Of a stretch of DNA of 64,000 nucleotides, positions 29,072-37,825 are shown piece by piece; within the stretch, counting starts at the first letter, position 1, and every line of letters starts with the position of its first letter. This DNA is from a virus (Duplodnaviria; Caudoviricetes). The notes under the pieces were generated by a model that saw only the letters and a list, made by a program, of their open reading frames with translations, did not search any database and had not been told where the DNA came from. Location of the stretch: IMG/VR virus record IMGVR_UViG_3300037010_001838. One strand, given 5' to 3'. Both the position numbers and the translations under genes were made by a program.

Positions 29072-29608
29072 TCAATCGCGTTCTTTGTAAAATGTAAGGT
29101 GCTTTGTTTTTAACACTTCAACAAAACTTGGAGATACTGCCCAAGAAGGTGTAACTCGTTCATCGTGAAAATGTGTAGCACCGTGTGTTATATCTGTACG
29201 TTGTTGAATTACAAATGCGTGCATAATACTTGCAGCAATTTCTTGAGCACTGGCCCATTTATCAGATTCCGTGTTTATGTCTTTATCCCCCTCACATTGA
29301 TATGAGAATTGACACACGTGCTTTCCGGACCGAGTTTTGGTTGTTTGATGTGTAACTGCACACACTGTTTTAGGATAGTCTGAATCTATTACACGATTTA
29401 TTACTACGTTTGCAACAGCAAGTTGTGATTTTTTATAATCTGCAGCTTCAAAATATATTGTTTCAGCTAAACAGTATCGTTGTTTGTCAATAGAGCTTTT
29501 ATTTGTATCAATAAGTTGTTGTAAATTGTTCTGTTTTTCTTGGTATTCAGAACCCGCGTAAACTGTAGATGTAACTAACAAAAAAATGGACAATAGTATC
29601 CCTCTCAT
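29072..29608 (-). CDS. SleB-like cell wall hydrolase
   Basis: CLAETIYFEA, AVANVVINRV, YPKTVCAV, CQFSY, GATHFH. Confidence 0.9.
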   Translation of the reverse strand: MRGILLSIFLLVTSTVYAGSEYQEKQNNLQQLIDTNKSSIDKQRYCLAETIYFEAADYKKSQLAVANVVINRVIDSDYPKTVCAVTHQTTKTRSGKHVCQFSYQCEGDKDINTESDKWASAQEIAASIMHAFVIQQRTDITHGATHFHDERVTPSWAVSPSFVEVLKTKHLTFYKERD

Positions 29609-29800
29609 GTTTTCTCCTTAATTAAGAAAATGTATCATCACAAAATCTGATGATGAGAAGGGGCTTGTTGGAGCCCTCTGTTGAAGTATATGGTAATTAT
29701 ATTTTATATTTTATATTTATACAACTAATAAATATGTTGACTTTCATTGGGGAATGTGTATGATTCACTCACTCGAATTAAGATTTAATAAGGAAAATGT

Positions 29801-30106
29801 ATGACGACAAACACAGAAGTATATGATGAAGCTGAATTGGCTGAATTTACAGAACGAGCAGAACGCGAGTCTGGTGTAAATGAAATTCGATCAAAGGTGT
29901 TCCAGGGAACGAAAGAAGAAGCAGCAAAATTGGCCGACCCAAACAAATTATGTCAAGACTGTGAATTACCAATTCCTGTTGAACGACAGTTGGCATATCC
30001 AACAGCAAAATTTTGCATTGATTGCCAAGAGTGGCACGATGCAACAGAAGAACGCAAACGTCGTATGACTGGAACTGGATTTAATGTTTTGGGAGTATTC
30101 GGATGA
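29801..30106 (+). CDS. DksA/TraR C4 zinc-finger protein
   Basis: CQDCELPIPVERQLAYPTAKFCIDCQ. Confidence 0.85.
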   Translation: MTTNTEVYDEAELAEFTERAERESGVNEIRSKVFQGTKEEAAKLADPNKLCQDCELPIPVERQLAYPTAKFCIDCQEWHDATEERKRRMTGTGFNVLGVFG

Positions 30107-30366
30107 GTTGTCATTGGAATCATCGATTGGTTCAGTGTGAAAGTGGTGGTGAAGTTTACTTTGAAATTCGTGAAGTATACTACAACAATGCTGGAAATGT
30201 TACAGCAATGACCGAAGACGCTATCGGAGTTGGAGGATACAGTGTTGAAGAAATTCTTGTGACTCTAGAACGAATGAAAGTTGCGTGTTCTAAAGAAGTC
30301 ATTATTGAAAAAGATTTTGTATACGATAAGTGGGATGATGAATTTGAACACGGAGATGATGATTAA
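30103..30366 (+). CDS. conserved phage hypothetical protein
   Basis: WNHRLV...EIREVYYNNAG motif. Confidence 0.65.
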   Translation: MSCHWNHRLVQCESGGEVYFEIREVYYNNAGNVTAMTEDAIGVGGYSVEEILVTLERMKVACSKEVIIEKDFVYDKWDDEFEHGDDD

Positions 30367-30426
30367 GACAGCAACGTATCCGACTCAAACTCCTGACACA
30401 ATAAAGCATGTTCTGCTATTAATGAG

Positions 30427-30849
30427 TTGAAAGTTAAACTAAACAATGAGGGAGGACCAGATGAGTTTTGGAACGAATTTTTAGTATCTCTGTCAACAGC
30501 ATCCATGTTTGTTGCTAACAATCTTGAACGGAGATATATGGAGATAACTGAAACTGAACGTCAGATTTTATTGAGAGGTCTTCTCTATTCCATAAAAATG
30601 AGTAATAATTTGATTAAAACTCATAAAGACATAGCGCTGTGGATTGCGTTAGAAGATTTTATCGGAGATAAAGATTTCTCTTTCCGAATAGCTCTAACAG
30701 TGCCGAATGCTTGTGAATATTCAAGAGACGCATCAGGAATTCTCCATTTATATTCTGAAGATAGTGCGCACCGTTTGTTAACAAGGAAAAGAATGTCTTT
30801 TTATGTTCAAGGACGAAGAAGTGAATTTCTTAAAAGGGATGTAATATGA
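30427..30849 (+). CDS. hypothetical protein
   Basis: 140-aa ORF; 5' end probably frameshifted from an ATG near 30359. Confidence 0.5.
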   Translation: MKVKLNNEGGPDEFWNEFLVSLSTASMFVANNLERRYMEITETERQILLRGLLYSIKMSNNLIKTHKDIALWIALEDFIGDKDFSFRIALTVPNACEYSRDASGILHLYSEDSAHRLLTRKRMSFYVQGRRSEFLKRDVI

Positions 30850-30993
30850 GCTGCCCAATGTGCGACGATGGTCATTTTCCAAACAAAGTAATGATTCCTG
30901 TAAAAGACAAAAAGACAGGCGAGTGAATTTGGTTGAGTGTGAAATCAGAAACTTATTCTAAATTAGAAAAATCAATTCAAGAAATATATAAAA

Positions 30994-31296
30994 ATGGCAG
31001 AAAATGATTTATGTCCATTGTGTGGAAGAACACTGGGTGACATTAATGTGGATTTCCACCATTTAATTCCAAAGACGTTTAAAGGGAAAGATGGAGTTAT
31101 GCTCCACCGTGTTTGCCATAGATATATCCACGCCACATTCAGTGAACGTGAATTGGCTAATTATTATCACACGATTGAACGTTTATTGGAGTATGAAAAC
31201 ATCCAAAAGTTTGTTAAGTGGATTACAAAAAAACCACCTGAATATTATGTAAGTGCTAATGAAAGCATTGAACGAAAAAAGAAAAGAAAAAGATAA
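30994..31296 (+). CDS. small HNH-family protein
   Basis: CPLCGR...HHLIPK...HRVCHRYIH. Confidence 0.8.
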   Translation: MAENDLCPLCGRTLGDINVDFHHLIPKTFKGKDGVMLHRVCHRYIHATFSERELANYYHTIERLLEYENIQKFVKWITKKPPEYYVSANESIERKKKRKR

Positions 31297-31398
31297 ATCG
31301 TTAGTTTAAAAATACTATATCTTTTAAGGAGACATAAGATGTCAACGACGTATATGATGCTCCAAGCACCAGATGTGTTCTTGAGATTGATAAATAAA

Positions 31399-31454
31399 TG
31401 TTGACTTTTATAAATAAGTCATATATACTTGTATCAACAGTTGAGCAAAGTGCT
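31399..31454 (+). promoter_or_regulatory. tRNA-cluster promoter B with palindrome
   Basis: identical to 18043-18098. Confidence 0.9.
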
Positions 31455-31468
31455 TAACTAAATAGTTA

Positions 31469-31564
31469 GGTGTTGAAAGCTAGGACGTCCCGGTACTAAC
31501 AAAACATAGAAATATGTGGGTGCGTAGAAGCGTATATTAAGCAGACGATAAAGTAGTAAACACC
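31469..31564 (+). ncRNA. structured 5'-UTR element upstream of leader B
   Basis: GGTGTT/AACACC closing helix, ACATA-GAAA-TATGT hairpin. Confidence 0.4.
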
Positions 31565-31587
31565 ATTTAATTTAAGGAGCTTTACAA

Positions 31588-31683
31588 ATGTTCGTAACCA
31601 GACAACAACAGAGTATTAGTATCATTCGCCGACGCCAAGTGCGTCGCGACAGTGATATTATTATGTCTGGAGGCTGGGTATAG
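31588..31683 (+). CDS. attenuator leader peptide B (MFVTRQQQSISIIRRRQVRRDSDIIMSGGWV)
   Basis: AAGGAG RBS, 31 codons rich in Gln/Arg/Ile/Ser/Asp/Val. Confidence 0.9.
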   Translation: MFVTRQQQSISIIRRRQVRRDSDIIMSGGWV

Positions 31684-31706
31684 CATAAAGCTAAATTCTT
31701 AAAAAG

Positions 31707-31739
31707 AAAAACCCAGTTTCCAAAAGAGACTGGGTTTTT
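31707..31739 (+). terminator. attenuator terminator B
   Basis: AAAAACCCAGTTTC-CAAAA-GAGACTGGGTTTTT; alternative pairing with GGAGGCTGGGT at 31669-31679. Confidence 0.9.
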
Positions 31740-31750
31740 CGTTTTACAAC

Positions 31751-31766
31751 TGTTCATTAAAAATTT
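31751..31766 (+). promoter_or_regulatory. boxA-like element B
   Basis: TGTTCATTAAAAATTT. Confidence 0.65.
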
Positions 31767-31776
31767 GAAAATATAT

Positions 31777-31851
31777 TGGGAAGAAGCCGATTGGTCGAGG
31801 CGGTGCGTTCTGAGCGCATTCGTATAGAGTTCGATTCTCTACTTCCTAGCC
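31777..31851 (+). tRNA. tRNA-Gln(CUG)
   Basis: GTGCG-TTCTGAG-CGCAT. Confidence 0.85.
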
Positions 31852-31857
31852 TTTAAT

Positions 31858-31931
31858 TGGCCCGTGGTGTAGCGGTAGCACAGAAGATTTTGAATCTTCT
31901 AGTCCAAGTTCAACTCTTGGTGGGCTTGCCA
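31858..31931 (+). tRNA. tRNA-Gln(UUG)
   Basis: GAAGA-TTTTGAA-TCTTC, CCA. Confidence 0.9.
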
Positions 31932-31944
31932 TTTGAAGTATAAT

Positions 31945-32019
31945 ACCGTCGTAGCTCTCGGGGAGAGCATCTCACTGTCTATGAGATTCAGGTGGGTTCG
32001 AGTCCCATCGGCGGTGCCA
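31945..32019 (+). tRNA. tRNA-Asp(GUC)
   Basis: TCTCA-CTGTCTA-TGAGA, G73, CCA. Confidence 0.9.
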
Positions 32020-32026
32020 AAACAGA

Positions 32027-32103
32027 TGCCCCGTTCATCTGGTGATGACGCAAGGTTTTGACCCTTGTTGATTTTTCGAGTCCGATTCTCGACGGGGTTG
32101 CCA
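32027..32103 (+). tRNA. tRNA-Gln(UUG)
   Basis: CAAGG-TTTTGAC-CCTTG, CCA; atypical D and T loops. Confidence 0.75.
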
Positions 32104-32303
32104 AAAAGGACGAAGTAAAATGAGCAAAGAAGATAAAAAGTAGCAAAAAATGCGTGGGCAGTTGAATAGATTAGAAACAGAATTAAAAAAGGCCCTAATA
32201 AAAAGTCTTCCAACGTTGCTGAAATTGACGTTTCTGAGTATAATAGGTATAATAGAAGGATTCAAGATTTAAGAAAGAAATTGGGGATGTAATGATTTGA
32301 TAT

Positions 32304-32380
32304 GCCCTTGTATATCAGTGGACTAGATTGTCTCGCTTCGAACGAGAAGGTCGGGAGTTCGAATCTCTCCAAGGGTACCA
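32304..32380 (+). tRNA. tRNA-Arg(UCG)
   Basis: TCTCG-CTTCGAA-CGAGA, CCA. Confidence 0.9.
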
Positions 32381-32436
32381 GTATTGTAATAACAGAACTC
32401 TAATATGAGTTAAACGATTTTTTAACCACAAAGGAA

Positions 32437-32799
32437 ATGATGATGAAACAATACTTTTTAGGAAATTTTGGTGATGTAGAAGACGTTGAACACAAATTTC
32501 AGATAGCACTGAATGATGGTGAAAAGATCTTATTAGCTTGGTATTCGTACGAAGATTATAGTGGATCCGCGTTTGTGTTGTATGAGCAAAACGGTAAACT
32601 GTATGAGGTTAATGGATCACACTGTTCGTGTTATGGTTTGGAGGAACAGTTCCAACCAGAAGAAACGTCAGTAGAAGCGTTGGAATATAGAATGAATAAA
32701 GGTACTTTGGGTCGTCGTGTATATTACAGCGAAGAAGGTTCCTTCAAAAATGAATTGTGTGATGTGTTGCAATTATATAAACAAAGACACAGAAAGTAA
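32437..32799 (+). CDS. conserved phage hypothetical protein
   Basis: YSYEDYSGSAFVL...LYEVNGSHCSCYGLEEQFQPE motif. Confidence 0.75.
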   Translation: MMMKQYFLGNFGDVEDVEHKFQIALNDGEKILLAWYSYEDYSGSAFVLYEQNGKLYEVNGSHCSCYGLEEQFQPEETSVEALEYRMNKGTLGRRVYYSEEGSFKNELCDVLQLYKQRHRK

Positions 32800-32823
32800 C
32801 AAACGGACAAAAAATCGTTCAAT

Positions 32824-32899
32824 GGGACCATAACTCAGTTGGTAGAGTATCTGCCCTACAAGCAGACTGTCATCGGTTCGAACCCGGTTGGTCCTACCA
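32824..32899 (+). tRNA. tRNA-Val(UAC)
   Basis: TCTGC-CCTACAA-GCAGA, CCA. Confidence 0.85.
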
Positions 32900-32905
32900 A
32901 ACAAC

Positions 32906-32990
32906 ACCACTGTGGCCGATAGGTTAGGCACAGGACCGATAATCCTGGAGGGAAACCTCGAAGTTGGTTCGATTCCAACCGGTGGTACCA
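32906..32990 (+). tRNA. tRNA-Ile(GAU) with long variable arm
   Basis: CAGGA-CCGATAA-TCCTG; V arm GAGG-GAAA-CCTC; CCA. Confidence 0.8.
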
Positions 32991-33084
32991 AATCAACACC
33001 GTCAAATAGCATTCGGTCTGCTATACCGAAGATGACGAAAGGGTGTGTACAACCTGACAGTAGTAGCGTGTTGTTTTAACTTTT

Positions 33085-33164
33085 GGGTGTGGGGACTGCA
33101 TGGCGTGGTCACCGGACTGTCACTTCGGAAAATCAGGAGGGTTCAATTCCCTTCACACCCGCCA
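33085..33164 (+). tRNA. tRNA-Asp(GUC)
   Basis: CCGGA-CTGTCAC-TTCGG, G73, CCA. Confidence 0.9.
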
Positions 33165-33172
33165 AAAATTAT

Positions 33173-33244
33173 CTCTCATCTAGGGGAACTAGCTTATTGA
33201 CTACGAATCAATTCTGGATCGTTCAACTCGGTCATGGGGGGCCA
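33173..33244 (+). tRNA. tRNA-Arg(ACG)
   Basis: TTGA-CTACGAA-TCAA, CCA; weak D arm. Confidence 0.7.
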
Positions 33245-33324
33245 ACATCATAAACAAATGTTGATATTAGTCTTTGTATTCAATACAATACAATGAGAGA
33301 ACAAACTTTTAAAGATTATTAACT

Positions 33325-33594
33325 ATGTCTAACACATTAAGACACAAAGAGAAGAATAAATCCAAAAGAGCAATACGTCAATATCGGGAAGATACAGATT
33401 GCTCTACCGAACACCCGTTTTGGATAGGTAAAGAAGAATTGGAAAACCCTGAACTGTTAAACATATTATACGATTTTTTGAATAAACCAGGGACTCGGCA
33501 TGGAAACAAAAGACGCTTTGAAGCATACATGAAGTGGAAAAAACGAAAGAAACAAAGAATTAAGTTAAACAAATTAGTTGATGAAATAGAATAA
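33325..33594 (+). CDS. basic hypothetical protein
   Basis: 89 aa, Lys/Arg-rich. Confidence 0.5.
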   Translation: MSNTLRHKEKNKSKRAIRQYREDTDCSTEHPFWIGKEELENPELLNILYDFLNKPGTRHGNKRRFEAYMKWKKRKKQRIKLNKLVDEIE

Positions 33595-33599
33595 TTATT

Positions 33600-33685
33600 G
33601 GAAGATGAACTGTTCTGGTGTTCAGGTTCGTTTGCTAAACGAAACGCTCCGCAAGGGGTGGGGTCCGATTCCTCCGTCTTCCGCC
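33600..33685 (+). tRNA. tRNA-Ser(GCU)
   Basis: TTCGT-TTGCTAA-ACGAA, long V arm, G73. Confidence 0.9.
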
Positions 33686-33840
33686 TGGCACGCAAGATAG
33701 ATATACCGGTTGTCTCTAGTTGGAAATGATGTGAAAAATATTTGTGCACAAATATTGTAGCACGTTTTCATTAACTTTTATGCCGCCAAATTATAAATAT
33801 TCGTTTAATTAAAACACTTTAAAGTAATGCACCTTTATTC

Positions 33841-33912
33841 CCCCTTGCCAATGGAGTGGTGGGACGCCTTCTAAGCGACCTTATGCCTGTTCGATTCAGG
33901 CCAAGGGGACCA
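33841..33912 (+). tRNA. tRNA-Arg(UCU)
   Basis: loop CT-TCT-AA, CCA; compact D arm. Confidence 0.7.
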
Positions 33913-34026
33913 ATACACAATTCTGTGTATTTCTGTAGTACAAATACAACAATGGGGTTTTAGTGTAAACGTGAAAGCACGAGTCAACAGACGAAGAAAA
34001 AAGTCCACAACTTTTTATATCCCACC

Positions 34027-34250
34027 CCAAAAAAGGAATTTTATCATGAACGTTAAAGAGTTAGTGAAAGACCAAACTGTACATTTTCAGTTTTGAATTA
34101 TGGTATAAAACAAATAATGGATTTGAATTTCCTGTTCCAGTATCAGACACAGGGGATGGAGTATTTAACGATTCCGACAAAGCAATATTGTTTATGCGTT
34201 ACATTAGAAAACATTTAGATAATATTGAACAAGGGAAAATTAACAATTAA
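34027..34250 (+). pseudogene. frameshifted small phage gene
   Basis: MNVKELVKDQTVHFQF, then ELWYKTNNGFEFPVPVSDTGDG...AILFMRYIRKHL in another frame. Confidence 0.55.
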
Positions 34251-34678
34251 CCTTTTGTAAAATAATATAGTTCTTTGGTTTTAAACGTTTCCTTATACAT
34301 TTTCCACCCTGGAACTTTAATAGATTGAGCCATTCGGTTGTATAATTTTACTCTGGATGGTTCATCTAATTTTGCAGAAAAGAAGAACGTAACAACTTTT
34401 GGATATAATTCAATCCATTTTTTAATACACTGGATAACAGCAGCCATAACTTGAGAAGCATTTCCGGAACCCGTTATTCCGTGTGACGTTTGATTTCCTT
34501 TTTGAGCACGGAATGCAACGTTCCAAACCTGATTTCCTTTGTCATCATTCGTTTGTGTCTCATAAGCATGGAAAACATATTCCATCTCCCCAACCACGAA
34601 AAACATTTTACATTCCTCATATGTTTTAACGTCAACATGTATTTCTACACTCGAATTAAAAATCTCATTCAATCTCAT
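34247..34678 (-). CDS. late protein with capsid-targeting-like N-terminus
   Basis: MRLNEIFN start; GITGSGNASQVMAAV...SRVKLYNRM. Confidence 0.65.
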   Translation of the reverse strand: MRLNEIFNSSVEIHVDVKTYEECKMFFVVGEMEYVFHAYETQTNDDKGNQVWNVAFRAQKGNQTSHGITGSGNASQVMAAVIQCIKKWIELYPKVVTFFFSAKLDEPSRVKLYNRMAQSIKVPGWKMYKETFKTKELYYFTKG

Positions 34679-35035
34679 TTCATGTCCCAATCGTTATATA
34701 ATATTTATGTTGTCTTTTAACATTAGTGTAAGTATGATGTCGATATAGCAATTTTAGGATAAATCATGAACCAAGGAACTAAAACGTGGGTTAGTACAAA
34801 GACAAAGATGCTGTCGGTGACCATTACGTAATTATGGAATTTTCGTCGAGAACTATACCTGGACTGGTGTGATAAGTTTTTCTTTGGGATGGCTTGGACA
34901 TAACTTATATGTGTATAATACAACACTGAACACCATGGCGCGGTAGCTTCACAAGAATGTGATTCAGTGTGAAAAAGACCTTCCAAGGAACCAACACTGC
35001 ATTGCAACAATAATTATTACGCCAGGAAAAATCAA

Positions 35036-35395
35036 ATGAGAAAGAATGACTTGATTAAAATGTTAACAGAACTTGAAGGCAATCCTGAAGTCGTGTTGTG
35101 GAATGGTATGGTCGGCGATTATATGCACATCGATTCCAAATTCATTGAAGGAAGTTTAGTTAGAATGACATTCGAAAATTACATGAAACAGTGTCAATTT
35201 GAAGAAGGTAGACACCAAAATAACATGAACTTTCAATTTACACCTGAAGAGGTTAAAGAACTGAAAAATTCTTACAAAAGATATGTTGATTGGGAAGACG
35301 ATGCATACGTTACTGACAAGGATATTGCTGAAAAACGATATAGCAGCAAACGAGTTGTATATATCAATTCAAAGCCTCGAGGTATTACATCTTGA
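35036..35395 (+). CDS. hypothetical protein
   Basis: 119-aa ORF with RBS. Confidence 0.65.
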   Translation: MRKNDLIKMLTELEGNPEVVLWNGMVGDYMHIDSKFIEGSLVRMTFENYMKQCQFEEGRHQNNMNFQFTPEEVKELKNSYKRYVDWEDDAYVTDKDIAEKRYSSKRVVYINSKPRGITS

Positions 35396-35495
35396 GACCG
35401 CCTTGGAAGTATAGAGTATTAATATACACTTAAAGAAAATTTAAATGGTGCTCAAAAGTATACAACCGATATGTAACTATAACAGGTGACCCAGA

Positions 35496-35783
35496 ATGAA
35501 CATTTTTGATAAACGTTGGTTAAATGCACGCAAATTCACTGAAAAGGTTAATTCTATTATTTCTGAAAATGAAGACTGCTTTGTGTTTTTTGATGGAGAA
35601 TCGTTTGATGAAATTAAGATCGATGAAGAACATCGGGAAATTTTATTAGTCTCAACTAATTGTGTTGTGTGCATTTACAATGGCGATAAAGATTGCGATG
35701 AAGGTGCTCATACTACATCAAAAGAATGGTTAACGGACACAAAACAACGATTACAAATTTTCAAAGAAATTCAGATTGAGTAA
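35496..35783 (+). CDS. hypothetical protein
   Basis: 95-aa ORF. Confidence 0.55.
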   Translation: MNIFDKRWLNARKFTEKVNSIISENEDCFVFFDGESFDEIKIDEEHREILLVSTNCVVCIYNGDKDCDEGAHTTSKEWLTDTKQRLQIFKEIQIE

Positions 35784-35794
35784 GGAATTTTAAC

Positions 35795-36160
35795 ATGACA
35801 CACAAAATAGCCATAATACACGTCGTTGGTGGGCATTGTAGAGACTACAATGATTATGACAATAAAATTGTTTCAAGTATTTCTGAATGGGAAGATGTAG
35901 ACGATGATACGTTTAATCTATTAGTTAACTCTACCAATCACTTAACAAATAATTATCAAATCATAGAACACGTTAAGACAGACGATATTTTTGTTATAAA
36001 AAATGTTAAACAGTATATTAAGATGGTTGAAGAACAAAAACGTCGAGAAGATGAGGCAGAAGTAGAACGGGCAAAAAAGCACAACTTCGAGCTCAAAAGG
36101 CAAAAGAACGAAAGTTACAAAAACTTAGAAAAGATAAAGAATCTAGGCGTTTATTGTTAG
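35795..36160 (+). CDS. hypothetical protein
   Basis: 121-aa ORF with AAGGA RBS. Confidence 0.6.
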   Translation: MTHKIAIIHVVGGHCRDYNDYDNKIVSSISEWEDVDDDTFNLLVNSTNHLTNNYQIIEHVKTDDIFVIKNVKQYIKMVEEQKRREDEAEVERAKKHNFELKRQKNESYKNLEKIKNLGVYC

Positions 36161-36206
36161 AACAACTTCAAAAAGAATTTAAAGTTGACACCAAAAAGGA
36201 ATAAAA

Positions 36207-36413
36207 ATGGATAAGCGAAAAGTAAAACAAGCAGTAAAACCAGCACCAGTTCCAGGGATTTTTGAAAACCCGATAAATCAGGAGCGGTGGGAATGCAACG
36301 ACATCTATGACATTCGTTCAATCGACGGAGTTGAGTTTCTTCAAGTTCATAAGTATGGAAATGATAGAACAGTGTTAATGCGCAAAGATGCTTTAAAAAA
36401 GGTTAAGAAGTAA
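36207..36413 (+). CDS. hypothetical protein
   Basis: 68-aa ORF with AAGGA RBS. Confidence 0.65.
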   Translation: MDKRKVKQAVKPAPVPGIFENPINQERWECNDIYDIRSIDGVEFLQVHKYGNDRTVLMRKDALKKVKK

Positions 36414-36421
36414 GACTCTTT

Positions 36422-36497
36422 CTCGTCGAAGCCAAAGGGAAAGGCAATAGTTTCCTAAACTATTATTTTGTCAGTTCGAATCTGACCGACGGGACCA
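36422..36497 (+). tRNA. tRNA-Arg(CCU)
   Basis: ATAGT-TTCCTAA-ACTAT, CCA. Confidence 0.85.
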
Positions 36498-36514
36498 ATT
36501 TATGGAGATGAAAA

Positions 36515-36802
36515 ATGAACAACGATATCAGATATACGACGTGTAAAAAATGTGGACAAGTTCATTTTAGTGTATCATTAGCATATGTTCAAAATATTGT
36601 TAACACTTTTAATGAATATTTCGATACACTATCGATTGAAGATCAACAAACATTATATAATGGACAAAGATCTTCAATAACTCCATATACAAAATGTGTT
36701 GTTTGTGGTAACCCATACACAAATTTTAAACTTTTTGAAAATAACGATTGCCCTTCTGGTGTAACTATTAATCCAATCTTGGAAAGGAATGAAAAACTAT
36801 GA
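36515..36802 (+). CDS. zinc-finger hypothetical protein
   Basis: two CxxC pairs, GGAG RBS. Confidence 0.65.
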   Translation: MNNDIRYTTCKKCGQVHFSVSLAYVQNIVNTFNEYFDTLSIEDQQTLYNGQRSSITPYTKCVVCGNPYTNFKLFENNDCPSGVTINPILERNEKL

Positions 36803-37017
36803 CTGAACAATTTATTATCAATGATAAAGAAGTAAATGTTAATTCGTTGGAGGTTGATGGAGTTGATTCTTTAGATTATCCTGATTTCTGTGATGCTTAT
36901 TTCTGTTCAGGTACGTTTGAAGATGGGTCAAATATGTCTGATGATGAATTGAATGAGTTTTCCGATAAATATGGGTATATTTTAAATGAAAAGGCCCATG
37001 AAAGCCTTCAAGGATAA
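36799..37017 (+). CDS. conserved phage hypothetical protein
   Basis: DGVDSLDYPDFCDAYF motif. Confidence 0.7.
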   Translation: MTEQFIINDKEVNVNSLEVDGVDSLDYPDFCDAYFCSGTFEDGSNMSDDELNEFSDKYGYILNEKAHESLQG

Positions 37018-37166
37018 GTCAAATGGTAATTAAAACAACGTCTTTAAAAGCAATGGCAACCGTGATTCGGTTTTTACGTGGTAAAAATCATGTTTTATAT
37101 AATCACTTTATGATTATTGGAAACCAACACGCTTAATAATAAATACTCGAATAACCGAGAAAAATA

Positions 37167-37406
37167 ATGAAATTAAAACAATTGTTTGAAACTGAATTAT
37201 ATAAGTTTTATTGTTCAAAGTCCAATGGATTTATCACGAGTGCTGCTAGTCTTACACCAGAAGTGATTTCGACAATGAAGAAACATTCTGAAAAGACGGG
37301 ATACCCTGTCGAAGTAAAGAAAGATGGAAAGGTTGTTGGAAAGATTACGAAGAGTGGTATGGAAAAGTTGAATGAAAGTGAAATCACAAAAGGTAAGACA
37401 AAATAG
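37167..37406 (+). CDS. late protein with capsid-targeting-like N-terminus
   Basis: TAAATA upstream; MKLKQLFE. Confidence 0.65.
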   Translation: MKLKQLFETELYKFYCSKSNGFITSAASLTPEVISTMKKHSEKTGYPVEVKKDGKVVGKITKSGMEKLNESEITKGKTK

Positions 37407-37638
37407 TTGTGTGAAGCTGCAACCCATTTAATGTCCGAAAGAGTGGAAGATACACAAGCGGATTTAGTAGACGAGTTTACTGAACTATCAAAAAAACATA
37501 GGAACCACGCCGACTTCGTACGCTTGAAAAACAATTTGACAGAGGTATGAGGGATTTCAAAAAGGATATGAAAAAGATGACGAAGATTTGAAAAAATCTA
37601 AAGATTATGAAGTTGCAACAGTTATCTGTAAACTTTTG

Positions 37639-37667
37639 TTGACTTTCATAAATAAGTCATATATACT
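37639..37667 (+). promoter_or_regulatory. tRNA-cluster promoter C with palindrome
   Basis: TTGACTTTCATAAATAAGTCATATATACT, one base different from promoters A and B. Confidence 0.9.
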
Positions 37668-37703
37668 TATAACACTAACTTAACAAACTTAAAGAATTTA
37701 CAA

Positions 37704-37805
37704 ATGTTCGATTCAACAAAACCAATTTTTATCAATAATGTAAACGTTAATAATAAACGTTCACACGCTGAGGCATTGACTGTTGAAATCAAACTAATCA
37801 TCTGA
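37704..37805 (+). CDS. attenuator leader peptide C (MFDSTKPIFINNVNVNNKRSHAEALTVEIKLII)
   Basis: 33 codons with an NNVNVNNK core; weak RBS; same TTTACAAATG start context as leader B. Confidence 0.8.
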   Translation: MFDSTKPIFINNVNVNNKRSHAEALTVEIKLII

Positions 37806-37825
37806 AAGTAAACAAAAGTTAATAG

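Larger units (their letters stand above)
27601..29088. repeat. 99-bp perfect direct repeat enclosing a 1.29-kb minus-strand segment
   Basis: 27601-27699 identical to 28990-29088. Confidence 0.95.

Noticed and set aside
30365-30417. Additional stem-ACAGCAA RNA copy
   Set aside because: No matching 5' helix; the ACAGCAA falls in a plausible coding frame (MIKTATYPTQ...).
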